Shown: piece by piece, positions 15,748 to 29,037 of the stretch
How the letters are laid out: every line of letters begins with the position of its first letter
How positions within the stretch are numbered: position 1 is the first letter of the stretch
DNA from: Octopus sinensis
Lineage: Eukaryota
Reading direction: 5' to 3'
Assembly (NCBI RefSeq): GCF_006345805.1
Contig: NC_043002.1
Location: 79,360,001-79,424,000, forward strand
DNA: 64,000 nucleotides
Translations under genes and position numbers: made by a program
Notes under the pieces: model-generated
The model's input: the letters and a program-made list of their open reading frames with translations, nothing else
Told to the model about the DNA's origin: nothing
The model's database searches: none

Positions 15748-17499
15748 CGTTACTTAAGGGGAGAGAACGTCTTCTAAGTTTCTTTTTGTTCTCCTATGTT
15801 TGGAAATCATCATGAAAGAGTGAAGAGAACATACTTTATCTCCATATAATCCCTTTATTAAACTATCCGGTACCGTGGATAGTAGCATTTCGCTCTTGTT
15901 CTGAGTTCGTTAGCGCGACATAACTCGAGATTATAAACATTAATTAGTGTGAAGTCATTTGAAATTAAAATTAAAAACCATGGTTTTTTTTTTTTTAGAT
16001 ATTTTTAACAACTAGAGAAAAGAAGTGAAGAGAGATAGATAGAGGTAGAGAGAGGGAAAAAAAAACCTTTAACATTTTTAAAAAATAACTTGCCGTCACC
16101 CAGAAATGTATTTTCCACAACGTTTCTTCTAAAATATACACGAAAATATTATCGAACAGCATTTTCAAAACTTCTATTTCCGTATTCGACATTTCAGCGA
16201 CAACAACAACAACAGCAGTAATGACTTTATTTATTTACTTATTTATTTATTCATTCGTTGATTTATGCATTAACAACAATGAAACTGCGCAGTGATACTG
16301 TGATACATATTACTTTGTACCTCAGGATTTCTGCACAAGATACATTTAAAATAACTAAACCCTGATTCACATGTCTTCATCGTTACTTCATCGTTATAAG
16401 TAAACACTTATGCACACACACAACACACACACACACACACACACAATCATTTGCATTTGGGTGAGTATGGCAGGGAATATACATCACGCTTAATGCAACA
16501 GGTGTTTGATGAGGTGGCGTGTAGACAAAGACATTACCTCAGCCCACCGCTGAGCTTTGACTCAGTGGTATATTTAGGACGTGAAAGCTGAGAGGAGCCT
16601 GAACCGCACCAGCACTCAGTTGGTATTTATTTACGGCTAAGAATTTACTGTAGGAACGTGAAATGAAATGCCTCCTTGTTCAAGAACACAACATGCTAAT
16701 CGGTCCACGAATTGAACGTACGACCGTGCTCCAAATACCATAGCAACTACGCCGCACGTCTTCACTATAAATAACACGAAAACTAAAAACTAATAGATGT
16801 CAAGCTTACGAGACGTTGTGGCACAGCCGTTTTGTCCCCGCCTCTTTGGCGTGGTAGATCTGACGCTGACTCATTTGACATCAGACGTTTTAATGTTTCT
16901 CGCGTTTGCTCCTTCCCGCCCTCTCTTCCTTTCTTTCGCTTTCTGTTTCCTTGTTAGCATATTTCTCTGCGTATTCATATGTCAATAGTGTTCAATTAAT
17001 AAATTGTATTGTCTCTCTCTCTTTGTCTTTCTCTCTTTCACTCTTTCTATCCCTATATGTACATTACTGTGCGCCTGCGCCCGTGTATTTGTGAGTATAC
17101 GCATGTGTCTGTCTGTCCTTAGCGTCATAAAGCAGTGTTACCAAAACAGGCTGGCTATCCAATAAGCCGTGCCTAATCAGCAGCGTCCGATCATCTGCTC
17201 TCAATCGTCACATTCCGAGTTGAGAATAGCTTATAACAAATTTGTTTCAGGTACCTTCAAATATACAAATGGGGTACTGCGTTGTACTATGACATATTTA
17301 ATGTAAAGTGTTTCGGGTCCAACGCAAGTAAATTTACAAATGAAACTGATATTTTCAAATTTGTACGAGATGAGTAAATAACCAGCGTCAGCTAGGATAT
17401 CAGGATAGTACCACTGCTTTTAATTCACGAATCGTTCCTAAAAGCAGTCACCTTGCAACTCAATTTCATCGTTATATGTCTTTGCAATAGACGAATACT

Positions 17500-17710
17500 T
17501 TTATTCTTTTACTTGTTTCAGTCATTTCACTGCGGTCATGGTGGAACACAATTTTGGAAGGTTTTAGTCGAACAAACCGACCTCAGGATTTATTTAAGCC
17601 TAGTAGTATTCTATCATTCTTTTTGTCGAACTGCTATGTTACGGGGACTTAAACACACTAACATCGGTTGTCAAGCGATGTTCGGGGACAAACACAGACA
17701 CACAAATGCA
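17500..17710 (-). mobile_element. OR1/OR2-like octopus SINE, 3' half
   Basis: Matches the 3' half of the full copies at 19786-20206 and 51061-51454. Confidence 0.7.
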
Positions 17711-17930
17711 TACATACATATATATATACGTCTGTATGAGCTAGAGGTTACGCAACCAATTAAGGGATAATAAATATCTAATATACTACTGGGTGTATAC
17801 CTACGTATTTATGTACAAGTGCTTAGTTTGTAGGGCAATATCGTAATTGAATTCTAGGTATGAGTGGGGTAAAGCAGAAATTTACCCAGATTTTATAAGG
17901 CAGATACGAACATGGAAAGAATAATCAATT

Positions 17931-18424
17931 GACAATCATCAGCTTGTAGACATTCATTTATATCTATTTATTAATTGATTACAATCCTATGTATAAACAA
18001 TCAAAATAAACCAATGAAATAGGCAAATAAACAAGAAATAAGTAGATAAATAAAAATAAATAAATGAATAAGAATTAATGAATGAAAAAATATTAAGCTT
18101 TTACAGCTGTTTCGACTATAGGGTTGCTCAATCTTCTAGGTTTTCCACATCATGGCAGTAATGTACAGGGATTTTACAAAGGTTGACCAAACTTGTTCAA
18201 CCCCTGTCCAATGTTTGTTCAACATTTGTAAAATCCCTGTATTTTATAGGCATGGTGTGGAAAACCTAGAAGATTGAGCAACCCCATAATAGAAACAGCT
18301 GTAAGAGCTTAATAGTTTTTCACTCATTTATTCTTATTCATTTGTTTATTTTGATTGTTTATACATAGGATTGTAATCAATTAATAAATAGATATAAATG
18401 AATGTCTAAAGGCTGATGTTTGTC
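17931..18424. repeat. Fold-back element, arms ~17931-18192 and ~18212-18424
   Basis: TACAGGGATTTTACAAA..TGTAAAATCCCTGTA and TAGACATTCATTTATATCTATTTATTAATTGATTACAATCC match their reverse complements. The left arm has an extra ~50 bp. Confidence 0.9.
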
Positions 18425-18453
18425 GAATGAATACCTCTCCATTTTCTTATCTG

Positions 18454-18497
<44 letters not shown>

Positions 18498-18509
<12 letters not shown>

Positions 18510-18970
18510 ATATACGACTGGCTTCTTTCAATTTCCGTCTACCAGATCCTCCCACAAGGCTTTGGTCGGCCCGAAGCTATAGTACAGGACACTTGCCGAA
18601 GGTGCCACGCAGTGGGACTGAATCCAGAACCATGTGGTTGAGAAGCAAGCTTCTTACCACACTGCTACTCCTGCGCCTTTTATTATTTTAATTGTTTCAG
18701 TCATTTGACTGCGGCCATGCTGAAGTACCGCCTCGAAAGGTATTAGTCGAACAAATCGATCTCAGGACTTATTTAAGCTGAGTACATATTCTACGATCTC
18801 TTTTGCCGAACTACTGAATTACAGAGACGTAAGCACAGCAACACCGGTTGTCAAGCAGTGATGGGGGGACAAACACAGACACAAAGTCTCTCTCACACAT
18901 ACACACACAAACATACATACACTCACACGCATACACACACATACACACACAAACAGACATACACACACAC

Positions 18971-19005
<35 letters not shown>

Positions 19006-19490
19006 ATATATATATATATATATGTGTGTATATACGACTGGCTTCTTTCAATTTCCGTCTACCAGATCCTCCCACAAGGCTTTGGTCGGCCCGAAGCTAT
19101 AGTACAGGACACTTGCCGAAGGTGCCACGCAGTGGGACTGAATCCAGAACCATGTGGTTGAGAAGCAAGCTTCTTACCACACTGCTACTCCTGCGCCTTT
19201 TATTATTTTAATTGTTTCAGTCATTTGACTGCGGCCATGCTGAAGTACCGCCTCGAAAGGTATTAGTCGAACAAATCGATCTCAGGACTTATTTAAGCTG
19301 AGTACATATTCTACGATCTCTTTTGCCGAACTACTGAATTACAGAGACGTAAGCACAGCAACACCGGTTGTCAAGCAGTGATGGGGGGACAAACACAGAC
19401 ACAAAGTCTCTCTCACACATACACACACAAACATACATACACTCACACGCATACACACACATACACACACAAACAGACATACACACACAC

Positions 19491-19536
<46 letters not shown>

Positions 19537-19698
19537 GACGAGCCCCTTTCAGTTTCCGCTTACCAAATCCACTCATAAGGCTTTGGTCGGCCCGAGGATA
19601 TATAATAAGACACTTGTTCAAGGCACCACGCATTGGGGCTGAATCCGGAAACATGTGGTTGGGAAGCAAGCTTCTTACCACACAGTCACGCCTGCGCC
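18498..19698 (-). mobile_element. Tandem cluster of OR1/OR2-like SINE halves containing an exact 520-bp tandem duplication
   Basis: 18506 vs 19026 and 18858 vs 19378 read identically with period 520. tRNA-like head, CORE-like CTTGGGCAAGTG and the 3' half are recognisable. Confidence 0.85.
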
Positions 19699-19785
19699 TA
19701 TTGATGCTTTTGCGACGGCGTGCATGAATTCATAAAATGTTCCTTTCAAACACACAATAAACTTTTAATCAGCAGTGCATTATAT

Positions 19786-20206
19786 ACTCTTTTACTCTTT
19801 TACTTGCTTCGGTCACTTGATTGTGGCCATGCTGGAGCACCGCCTTTAGTCGAGAAAATCGACCCCAGGACTTATTCTTCGTAAGCCTAGTGCTTATTCT
19901 ATCGGTCTCTTTTGCCGAACCGCTAAGTTACGGGGACGTAAACAAACCAGCATCAGTTGCCAGGCGATGCTGGGGGGACAGGCACATATACACAAACATA
20001 TACACGCACATACATACATACATATATATATATACATATATACGACGGGCTTCTTTCAGTTTCCGTTGACCAAATCCACTCACAAGACTTTAGACGGCTC
20101 GAGGCTATAGTAGAAGGCACTTGCTCAAGGTTCCTCGCAGTGGGACTGAACCCAGAACTATGTGGTTCGTAAGCAAGTTACTTATCACACAGCCACTCCT
20201 ACGCCT
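19786..20206 (-). mobile_element. Full-length OR1/OR2-like tRNA-derived CORE-type SINE
   Basis: Head GGAGTGGCTGTGTGATAAG and GGGTTCAGTCCCACTG B box, internal TA/CA microsatellite, tail CCAGCATGGCCAC...GAAGCAAGTAAAAG. Confidence 0.8.
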
Positions 20207-20344
20207 AACCAAAAAAACAGATTATGTTTGTTTCCTTATAAAATATATGTAACGTATGGCATGTTCTTCTGCTTTCTCAAGTTGTAATGGTTCCTTTCGA
20301 TAGCCTGACCTTAGGCAAAAATCAATGTTCGCAAAATACTGAAG

Positions 20345-20630
20345 TCTCTAATGAGACTCAGGACTGGTGAGGTCGGAACATAACCCGTTTTCCGTGGCGT
20401 ATAAGTGAACGGGGTTACAACACACCGCGCTCTTACGAACGGACGCTGATCCATCGCAGGGCTGACTTCCCAGGTATTGCTGGAATTCGCTTCCAGCTGC
20501 TTGTACTGAAGGAAAGTGAAATATAACGTTTATGTTCAAAAACACAACGCGTCGCCCGGTCCAGTGATCAACGCTGTGACCATACAATCGTGAGCGCAAT
20601 ATCCTAACCAGTGGGCCACGCGCCTTGACA
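20345..20630 (-). mobile_element. tRNA-derived SINE, decayed (same central domain as 1308-1564)
   Basis: Minus strand GGCGCGTGGCCCACTGGTTAGG head, then GGACCGGGCGACGCGTTGTGTTTTTG. Confidence 0.6.
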
Positions 20631-20879
20631 ATATTTACAAAAGATACCCAGGCATGACCGCAGCTCTCGAGCAGAAACTTGTAAAAGAGTAAAGCTTGTA
20701 AAAGAATAATAGGTGCTTCTCATTCTTGCATCGGTATCTAAGAAAAATAATTCTACTAATATTGTTATTTATTTTTACATGACATCTTATAAACTTCCTC
20801 TTTATTTCAAGTAATTTCTAATAATTCTCTAATAATCAAGTTTTTTTTTCTCGTGCAAGTTGTTTTACGGGAAACCCTT

Positions 20880-21200
20880 TCTTTTAGAAACACAAAACCA
20901 AGTAATTCAAATATATTTTGAAATAAGGCCTTTTATAAAAAGAAAAACATTCTTTTTAGAACCGTAGAGTTATGGAGTATCGCAACTGTATTAAAAACCA
21001 TTGAATTCAAATATATTTTGGATTAAATTGAAAGCTTTTATAAAAAAAAACCTTTTTAGAACCGTAGAGATATGGAGTATCAGAACTGTATTAAAACCAT
21101 TGAATTCAAATATATTTTCAATTAAATTGAAGCCTTGTTATGAAAACCTCTTTCTCGAACAGTAGAGATATGTAGTATCAAAAACCATTGAATTCAAATA
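20880..21200. repeat. ~100-bp AT-rich minisatellite, about 3.5 diverged copies
   Basis: ACCATTGAATTCAAATAT and GAACCGTAGAGxTATGGAGTATC recur with periods of ~100 and ~88. Confidence 0.8.
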
Positions 21201-21367
21201 TCGCTAGATGACTAACTTTAAAGCCAGCTGAGTGGACTGGAGTAACGTGAAATGAAGTGCTTTGCTCAAGCACACATCGCGTCGCTCGGTCCAGGAATCG
21301 ATATATATATATTATTATATTATATACTATATATATTTTTTTTCCTCCATTTTCTTCTTGCATATAT

Positions 21368-24300
21368 AAAACTTAAAACTTAGATAAAACTTAGATATGT
21401 TTCGACCAGAGATTGGTCCAGGCCATGTCTAACTTAATAGCACCACCTGATAGGATTATTCGAATCCTGTTTAAGTCAAGTTTTGTTCAAGTAGTGAGTT
21501 CTTGTTGGGTGAGTTGTATCCAGTTTTGTTCAAGTAGTGAGTTCTTGTTGGGTGAGTTGTATCCAATTATGGGTGGCTTATCTGGTATTCTTTGAAGGAA
21601 TCTATCCAGACTCTGTTTAAAGTTGATGGGATCCTTTTCCTCTTTGATCTCCCTCGGGACAATATTAAATAGGGCAGGGCCTGTTGAGGAAAAGAAATTA
21701 TGTTGCAGTGTACATGTATGTTGTGATCTTGAATTTGGCAGGGGACGTATAGCCAGTGGTCCAAGTCTTGGATGAACCTTGAAGCTAATGTTTAGGTCGT
21801 TTGGGCAAAGTTGGCGATATATTTTCCACATCGTACAAATGATGTACCGCTCACGGCGACGCTGGAGGGAGTAAAGTTTCAAGGCTTTAAGGTGATCCCA
21901 ATAATCGAGAGCAGCCATGCCTTCAATTTGTTTAGTGAGAGCCCTCTGGGGTGACTCAATTCTGGAGATGTTTTGTCTTGTGTGAGGAGACCACAGTGGG
22001 CAGCAGTATTCAAGGTGTGGCCGTACAAAGGAGGAAAAAAGTGGTATGATGACACCTTGTCTCTGGGACCGGAAAGTTCTTAAGATCCAGGAACTCATCC
22101 TACGAGCTATATCGACCTTCTTGTTGATGTGTGCACTCCAACTGAGATCGTCATCAACAAGTACACCCAGGTCTCTGATATTGTTATAGGCTGTGAGCGG
22201 TTCCCCTCAAGGAAGAGAGTATGGTTGTTTTAGTGAGGAATTTCTTCCAAAATGCATCAGCTCAAATTTTCCCTCATTCAGTTGCATTTTGTTTCTGTCT
22301 GCCCATTGACTCACAGCATTTAGATCAGACTGGAGTTGAGTTCGGTCTGCTTCTTCATTGACGATTTGCTGGAGCTTAGTGTTATCAGCGAATATTTTCA
22401 CTTTGCGGTGATGTACGACACTGGAAAGGTCGTTTACGTAAATTATGAAGAGTAGCGGACCCAAAACAGTTCCCTGGGGAACACCGCTGGTGACTTTTGC
22501 TGGGTTTGAGTGGACTCCATCAACTACAACATGTTGTGTTCTATTCGCCAGGAAATACTGAATCCAGTGTAGAACTTTTCCACGGATTCCAACATTTGCC
22601 AATTTTGAGAGTAGGATGTTATGGTCTACCCTGTCGAACGCTTTACTGAAGTCAAGATATATGACGTCAGAGTTCGAACCTGTTCCCAAGGCTTTGAGTA
22701 CATCTTCAATGTGGTGTAAGAGCTGTGTAGACAGTCCCTGCCACAGCGAAAGCCATGCTGATTTGAATTTAGGAGTTTGTGGGTCTCCAGGAAGTCAGCT
22801 ATCCTTGATCTTAACACTCTTTCAAACACTTAATGATGTGGGAGGTGAGTGAGATTGGGCGATAGTTGACTGCGAGGGATCTGTTTCCCTGTTTGAAAAC
22901 CGGGATGACCGACTGGGATAGAAACTGTTTCGGTATATAACCTGCGTCTAACGAGTTTCTCCAGAGGTTGGTCAGAGGGACTGCAAGTTGATATCTACAT
23001 TCCTTCAGGAGACTAGCGGGAAATCTATTAGGGCCTACAGCAGAGTAATGTTTGACCTCATTTATTGCTGCTACGATGACGGTGGCAGTGAAGGTTATGT
23101 CTGCGATTTTGTGTTGGGAGTCAACTTCGTTCGTTTCCCTCACGTCAATATCAGTGGGAACACTGAAGACAGAGCAGTATTGTTTCTGCAGTATTTCTGC
23201 CATTTCTTTAGCATCGTGTTGGGGAATGCCGTTATCATCAATCAATGGCCCAATGGGTGAGACAGTGGTTCTATGCTTATTTGCATAAGAATAGAACACT
23301 TTTGGGTTCTGTTTGATGTTTTTGATTACCCATTGTTCCTCCACAGCTCTTTGATTTTCAATGGAGGTTTTCATGTTAGTCTGCAGATGAAGTTTTTCCA
23401 GCAGCTTAGTCTTTTTATTGTTGTTGAATGTGGATGTGTGTGTGTGGGAATATTTTAATTGGTTGATTTTTTTTGTGAGTCTTTTGATGCGCCTGATGAG
23501 TTGTTTTTTCTTTTTAGGGAGCCGGTTTCTGTTTGTGTTAGTAGGTTTCTTGGGAGCGTGTTAGAGCATGTATAGGTGACAATGGTTTTCAAGTGCTGCC
23601 CGCGGTCTCAATATGAGGGGAATTGAGAGTAAAAGACCAGTCGATGGAAGACAGATCCTTTCTGATTGTTCTCCAGTCCGCTTTGTGGAAGTTTATGTTG
23701 TCAAATGGGTGCCATGGAGTGGGATTGGCTGGTTTGGTTTTTATATGTCGGGAATTAAGATTGCAGAGTACCATGTCGTGGTCTGAGAGGAGAGTTTTTT
23801 CGACTGAAATGCTGTGAACGTAGCTAGAGTGATTGGTCAATACCCGATCCAAGATCGTTTTATTCTGTCTCGTTGGTTCAAGCATCAGCTGAGTCAGGAA
23901 ATACTCATCCATCAGATTAAAGAGCAGTTCTGCTGCTGCCCTATCTGATGTAGAGCACTTGCCTAACTTCGGAGTATTTGTGGGCCAGTTCACATGAGGG
24001 AGGTTAAAATCACCCATCACTAGTATGTTTCCGGAGTGGTACTTCCGAAGGAAGGACTTGACTTTGCTAAGGCACTCTTCAAAGTACTTTAGAGGTGCCT
24101 GGAGAGGCCTGTAAAGACCAACAATGGTTATGTCCTTGGCTTTGTTGTATAGTGATACCGATTCACAGTCGCCATTGGAAAATGTGCCCTTGGCATCAAG
24201 TGAAAAGGAGTCATGGATAAAGATGGCTGTCCCTCCCTTATCTCGGTCTGTGCGATCCGCACGAACAATGGTGAAATCTTTTATTTTCACCTCTGCGTCC

Positions 24301-24655
24301 ATATGGGTGTTATTCAGGTGAGTCGAGACTCACCTGAGGATAAAGAAAGGGAAGCAATGTGCCATTTCGGCAAGCCAACTCTCTATATATGGGATCTTCC
24401 ATTTTTGGGCAATAATTGATGGGTTGATGCCACGTACATTTAATAGGAATGTCGAGGTAAGGGAAGTTGGTAATGGGTGAGTGGTCCCTGTGATTTGCAT
24501 AGATGGTTGGTGATGGCTCGCTGGATCTCCTGGCTTAGGTCGGCCTTCATATTTTCCAGGTATGTCAGTAAAAAAGAATTACTTGTTTGGTTTGCCACTT
24601 GGTCAGAGGATACATATTTCAAGTTGGCGTTATTTGGTGTTTTTTCATGGTTCTA
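21368..24655 (-). mobile_element. CR1-clade LINE, near full ORF2 (APE endonuclease plus RT) and end of ORF1, frameshifted
   Basis: APE motifs GLYRP, MGDFNLP, LDRVLTN, SDH; RT motifs NYRPISLTS, YLDFSKAFDRV, GVPQGTVLGPLLF, FADNT; C-terminal RPHLEYCCPLWSP and LYSLQRRRER. 3' stem-loop GACCA-ATCTC-TGGTC followed by CTAAGTTTTA repeats; 43-bp tandem duplication at 21481-21565. Confidence 0.92.
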
Positions 24656-24777
24656 ATATATATATATATATATATGCAAAAAGAAAATGGAGGAAAATAA
24701 CTGGAAGAAGTTGGTCGTTTGCACTAGTTAGCCATTAATTAAATTAATTAATTAATTAAAAAAGTGGTAGTAATAGT

Positions 24778-24831
24778 ACATTTACGATCGCTTCTGTTTG
24801 CCAGTTGTAGTGGTAGACATCATCAGAATGC
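24778..24831 (-). ncRNA. Type I hammerhead ribozyme motif, probably inactive (GAAG instead of GAAA)
   Basis: GCATT CTGATGA TGTCTACCACTACAACTGGCAAACA GAAG CGATCG TA AATGT: stem I, core, stem II and palindromic stem III. Confidence 0.65.
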
Positions 24832-24962
24832 AGTCATAATTAGAGGTAAGAGCGAAAGACATAGGGATGTACTATAATGTAAGACTCACTAATCTTTGTC
24901 TTTATTCTCATTACCAATGTATCCATATTTCTTTCGTTCTTCTTACCTCTACATATGACTCT

Positions 24963-25016
24963 GCCTTCTGATGATGTCTACCACTACAACTGGTAAACGG
25001 AAACGATGGTAAATGC
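24963..25016 (+). ncRNA. Type I hammerhead ribozyme motif, core intact, stems partly mutated
   Basis: GCCTT CTGATGA TGTCTACCACTACAACTGGTAAACG GAAA CGATGG TA AATGC. Confidence 0.65.
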
Positions 25017-25270
25017 ACTATTAATACCATTTTTCTTTATTAATTAAATTAATGGCTTACTAGCGCAAACGACCAAATTCTTCCTGTTATTTTTCCTCCA
25101 TTTTCTTCTAGGGGGGACTCTTAAAGTCAAAACTACCATAATAAACACATTGTACCGAACGCGAGGGAATGCTACTCTCGAAGCTACTTTTAAAAACAGA
25201 TTCAGCTGCAGAATCTGAGGCATTATATATAGTAACGCCCTTAATATATATATACATACATATATATATC

Positions 25271-25350
<80 letters not shown>

Positions 25351-25394
25351 ATATGTATATATGTGTGTGTGTGTGTTATATATTATGTGTGTGT

Positions 25395-25615
25395 GTGTTT
25401 GTGTCTGTTTGTTCCCCCACCCCAACGCTTGACAACAGATGTTGGTGTGTTTACGTACCTGTAATGTAGCGGTTGGACAAAAGAGACCGATAGAATAAGG
25501 ATTAGGTTTACAAAGAATAATTCTTGGAATTGATTTCTTCGACTAAAAAAAAAAGAAACCCTCTAAGGCGGTGCTCCAGCATTGCCGCAATGAAATGACG
25601 GAAACAAGTAAAAAA
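25395..25615 (+). mobile_element. OR1/OR2-like SINE, 3' half
   Basis: GCTTGACAACAGATGTTGGTGTGTTTACG...GGCGGTGCTCCAGCAT...GAAACAAGTAAAA. Confidence 0.7.
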
Positions 25616-26946
25616 AATAAACGAATAAAAGAATATGAAGATATAAAAAAGAAAAAAATTGATGTCATTGAGACAGATCTATTTCATCGTTCACAAATTT
25701 ACTTTACATTTGGCATAGAAGTCCCCAATTACCAGGAGGTTTCTGTCAAAGAGTGCCTGTTATAACGGAACTAAGGACAGAAGCGGTTTATGAAAGAACT
25801 AAAAGTTTCATGTTAATTGGCATTAAGATAAATGAAAAAAAGGACCAAAATCTGACTTTAAGAGTTACATCTCTGAATTCTCATTCTTCATGATTTGGCT
25901 GCTGTGAATTTTCCAAAGTTGCTGATCTCAATTGGAAATACTGGATATAGTGAAAATAGTGGAAATAATGGAAATATTTGCAGATGCTGCATGAGGAATT
26001 TATAACTAATCCAAACAGGCGATGTGTTCTGGTTAACAACAAAATTTTAACAGAAACACAAAACAAAAGGAAGTGGAGTGGGGAGAAACGAAACTGTAAA
26101 TCAAAACGTTGCAAAACTGTGGCGTGTACACACACACACAAACACGCACAGCCACACATACACACACACACGCACGCGCAGACACACGCACACACAGGCA
26201 TATGCACATACACACATATATATATTATATATACATAGATAGAGAGAGACACGCACAGAGAGTAAGGGAGCGAGAGAGAGAGAGGTGTGAATCTACATGT
26301 ATATGTGTACATTTATATATATATGTATATATGGATACATTTATGTGTGTGTGTATAGATGTGTGTATGTGTGTTTGTGTAGATTTGCTCCTATAATTGA
26401 ATCTCTCAAGGTTATCAGCTTTCAAAATACTGCAAGAAAACTGACCAAAACAATTTATATTTTCGCATATTGACAAAGAACATAGAACAGAAGCAGCAGT
26501 TAATTTAAAACTTTTAGAACTTTTCTGGTTGTATAACATACCATGTAGTAACACTCGAGATAAATAATCCTTATATCTTACTTCTTACTGACAAATTACA
26601 CGTTGGGACCCGGTTTAAATAACAAAGACTTGAGAAGTTACACATTAAAACGCAGACATTCCAAGAACATAGTTTCATTCCAATACTTTCAATAATTTCA
26701 GGTGCGAAGGGTCTACATCTACCAAATAAGGGGCTTCAATTATAACAAAGGAAGGGGATCTTACGTATTTACACGAATCCCTAAAATTAGTAACCAGTTA
26801 TCTCTCCTACAACATCTGATCTTGAAGGAAAAGGATAATCGGGGATTTGAGCGATACACACACACAAATACAAACATACATACATGTACGTACATGCATG
26901 AATGCATGTATGTATGTATGTATGTATGTATGTATGTATGTATGTG

Positions 26947-26977
<31 letters not shown>

Positions 26978-27071
26978 TTGTTCAGAGAAAAGGCCGGTTT
27001 CTAATCTAGATTCAAAGCTCCTTCATTGGAATTTCAACATCAACAACAGGGTACGTATGCATGCATGTATG

Positions 27072-27103
<32 letters not shown>

Positions 27104-27417
27104 TGTATGTATGTATGTATGTATGTATGTGTGTGTGTGTATATATGTGTATGTATATATGTGCAGATTTCTATGTTTTGTTTTATGTATGTATTCCCGT
27201 GCATATAGTTGCATGTCTAGATATGCTCATATTTATTTAAATGATAAACTTCCTGAAAGTTTTACAGATTTTTACAGTTCCTGTGATGGATTGGATGTAT
27301 AGTCTTCGAATTAGCCTCCTCTTTTCTGGTTTTGGGAAGCCTAATTTCTCAAGAATTTAAGCAGTGTGCTACATATCCCAGGGCCCCAATAATTACAATC
27401 ATACGTACGTATGTATG

Positions 27418-27461
<44 letters not shown>

Positions 27462-27471
27462 ATATATATAT

Positions 27472-27503
<32 letters not shown>

Positions 27504-27845
27504 CACATACACACATACACAGACAACACAGTCACAGAGTCACAGAGTCACAGGCACACAGACACACAAACATACACATACACACATACATATATAATCT
27601 CTAAAACTATAAGCCAATTATCTCTCACATCTTTGCATTCCAGAAAAATGAAAAACAGAGATTTAGCAGATACAGGCATACATATATGCATTTTCGTATA
27701 TACCAATGTATATGTACGTATGGATGACGCATATATATATATATATATATTTGTACATATATCCATCCGCGTATATGTGTGCATATGCGTGTGTATGGAT
27801 ATATATATGCTTGTATATGCATATATGTAATATATAATGTGCCTT

Positions 27846-27991
<146 letters not shown>

Positions 27992-28952
27992 GGGTTTTCT
28001 AGTGTGCCGAAATCTAGATATTCATGCCATAGCACGATCATTTGCAGATCTTCTACCCCCGCCCCCGAAAACTGAAGTTGTCTTGTCTTTAACACCATAA
28101 CCACGATAACATCAACAGAATTAGCTGCGACAACAGCAGAAGTACAAAAACAACAATAATTCTTCACAAAACACTGTAGCAAAAGGGATCTGTCATGCTA
28201 ACCACACCACGAACGAAAATAATGTTGGAAGTACAGCTTTCCTAAGAATAAACTATCCAACACTAAAACAAAAACAAGCTTGGTTATGCTACTGAGCGCT
28301 TTTCCTCACGGCCTCTATTCCTCCGATACTTCGCGAAACGAAGAGGATGTGGAATGGAATGGACGGTGGAGAAAAAAACAAACATCTTTAGTTTGATGGG
28401 ACTTTAAAGCAGAGATTTTCATTTTCTCAGATTGAAGTTCATAAAGAACGTTCCCTTATTGGCTCAATTGTTTCTGTTTATTAAGACTTTGTCGGTCTTG
28501 AACGAGAGACCTATGGCTAAAGAATTCTAGTTGCGAGCTTGCCCTCTATTTACCATGACTAAAGTGCTTATAATTTAACGTTTCGGATAGAGTGGCTCGT
28601 TGAAGCGATCTCTTGTTGTTCTCACTACTAAATGATTTACTCCATCTTGTGGACGTTTGCAAATATTTTTACCCATAAAGATTTTTATATAATTTTCTCG
28701 TATTCTACTGTTTCATTATGAAAGCTTGTGTTAGATTAGACCAAACCAGGTCTTCCAGGTAACAGCCCATAACGAGTGAACTTGTTTATAGAACATTGCA
28801 CTACTGGAGTACACACAAAAAATACAATATTATCAAGGGACAAAGTCAACTATCTCAAGCACTATGTGTGTGTGTGTTCGTGTGTGTGGTGTGTAGTGGT
28901 TTGTGCGTGTGTTTATGTATAAGTATATGCATACATATATATATATGTATTA

Positions 28953-28983
<31 letters not shown>

Positions 28984-28997
28984 TATTATATATATAT

Positions 28998-29035
<38 letters not shown>

Positions 29036-29037
<2 letters not shown>

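Larger units (their letters stand above)
24680..25108. mobile_element. Inverted repeat (24680-24870 / 24918-25108) resembling an inverted Penelope-like pseudo-LTR pair
   Basis: The arms are reverse complements of each other and each contains a type I hammerhead motif pointing outward. Confidence 0.7.

Noticed and set aside
21395-21430. Hammerhead-like GACCA-loop-TGGTC GAAA CATATC TA on the minus strand
   Set aside because: No CUGANGA upstream; better explained as the CR1 3' stem-loop.
26702-27056. Possible host exons (AG|GTGCGAAGG... at 26702 and AG|...CAGG|GTACGT at 26987-27050)
   Set aside because: No recognisable protein or partner exons. The second segment matches an interspersed repeat also present in reverse at 13196-13270.
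28000-28100. Short open frame NLDIHAIARSFADLLPPPPKTEVVLSLTP after a weak acceptor
   Set aside because: Weak splice context and no recognisable homology; would need RNA-seq or tBLASTx evidence.
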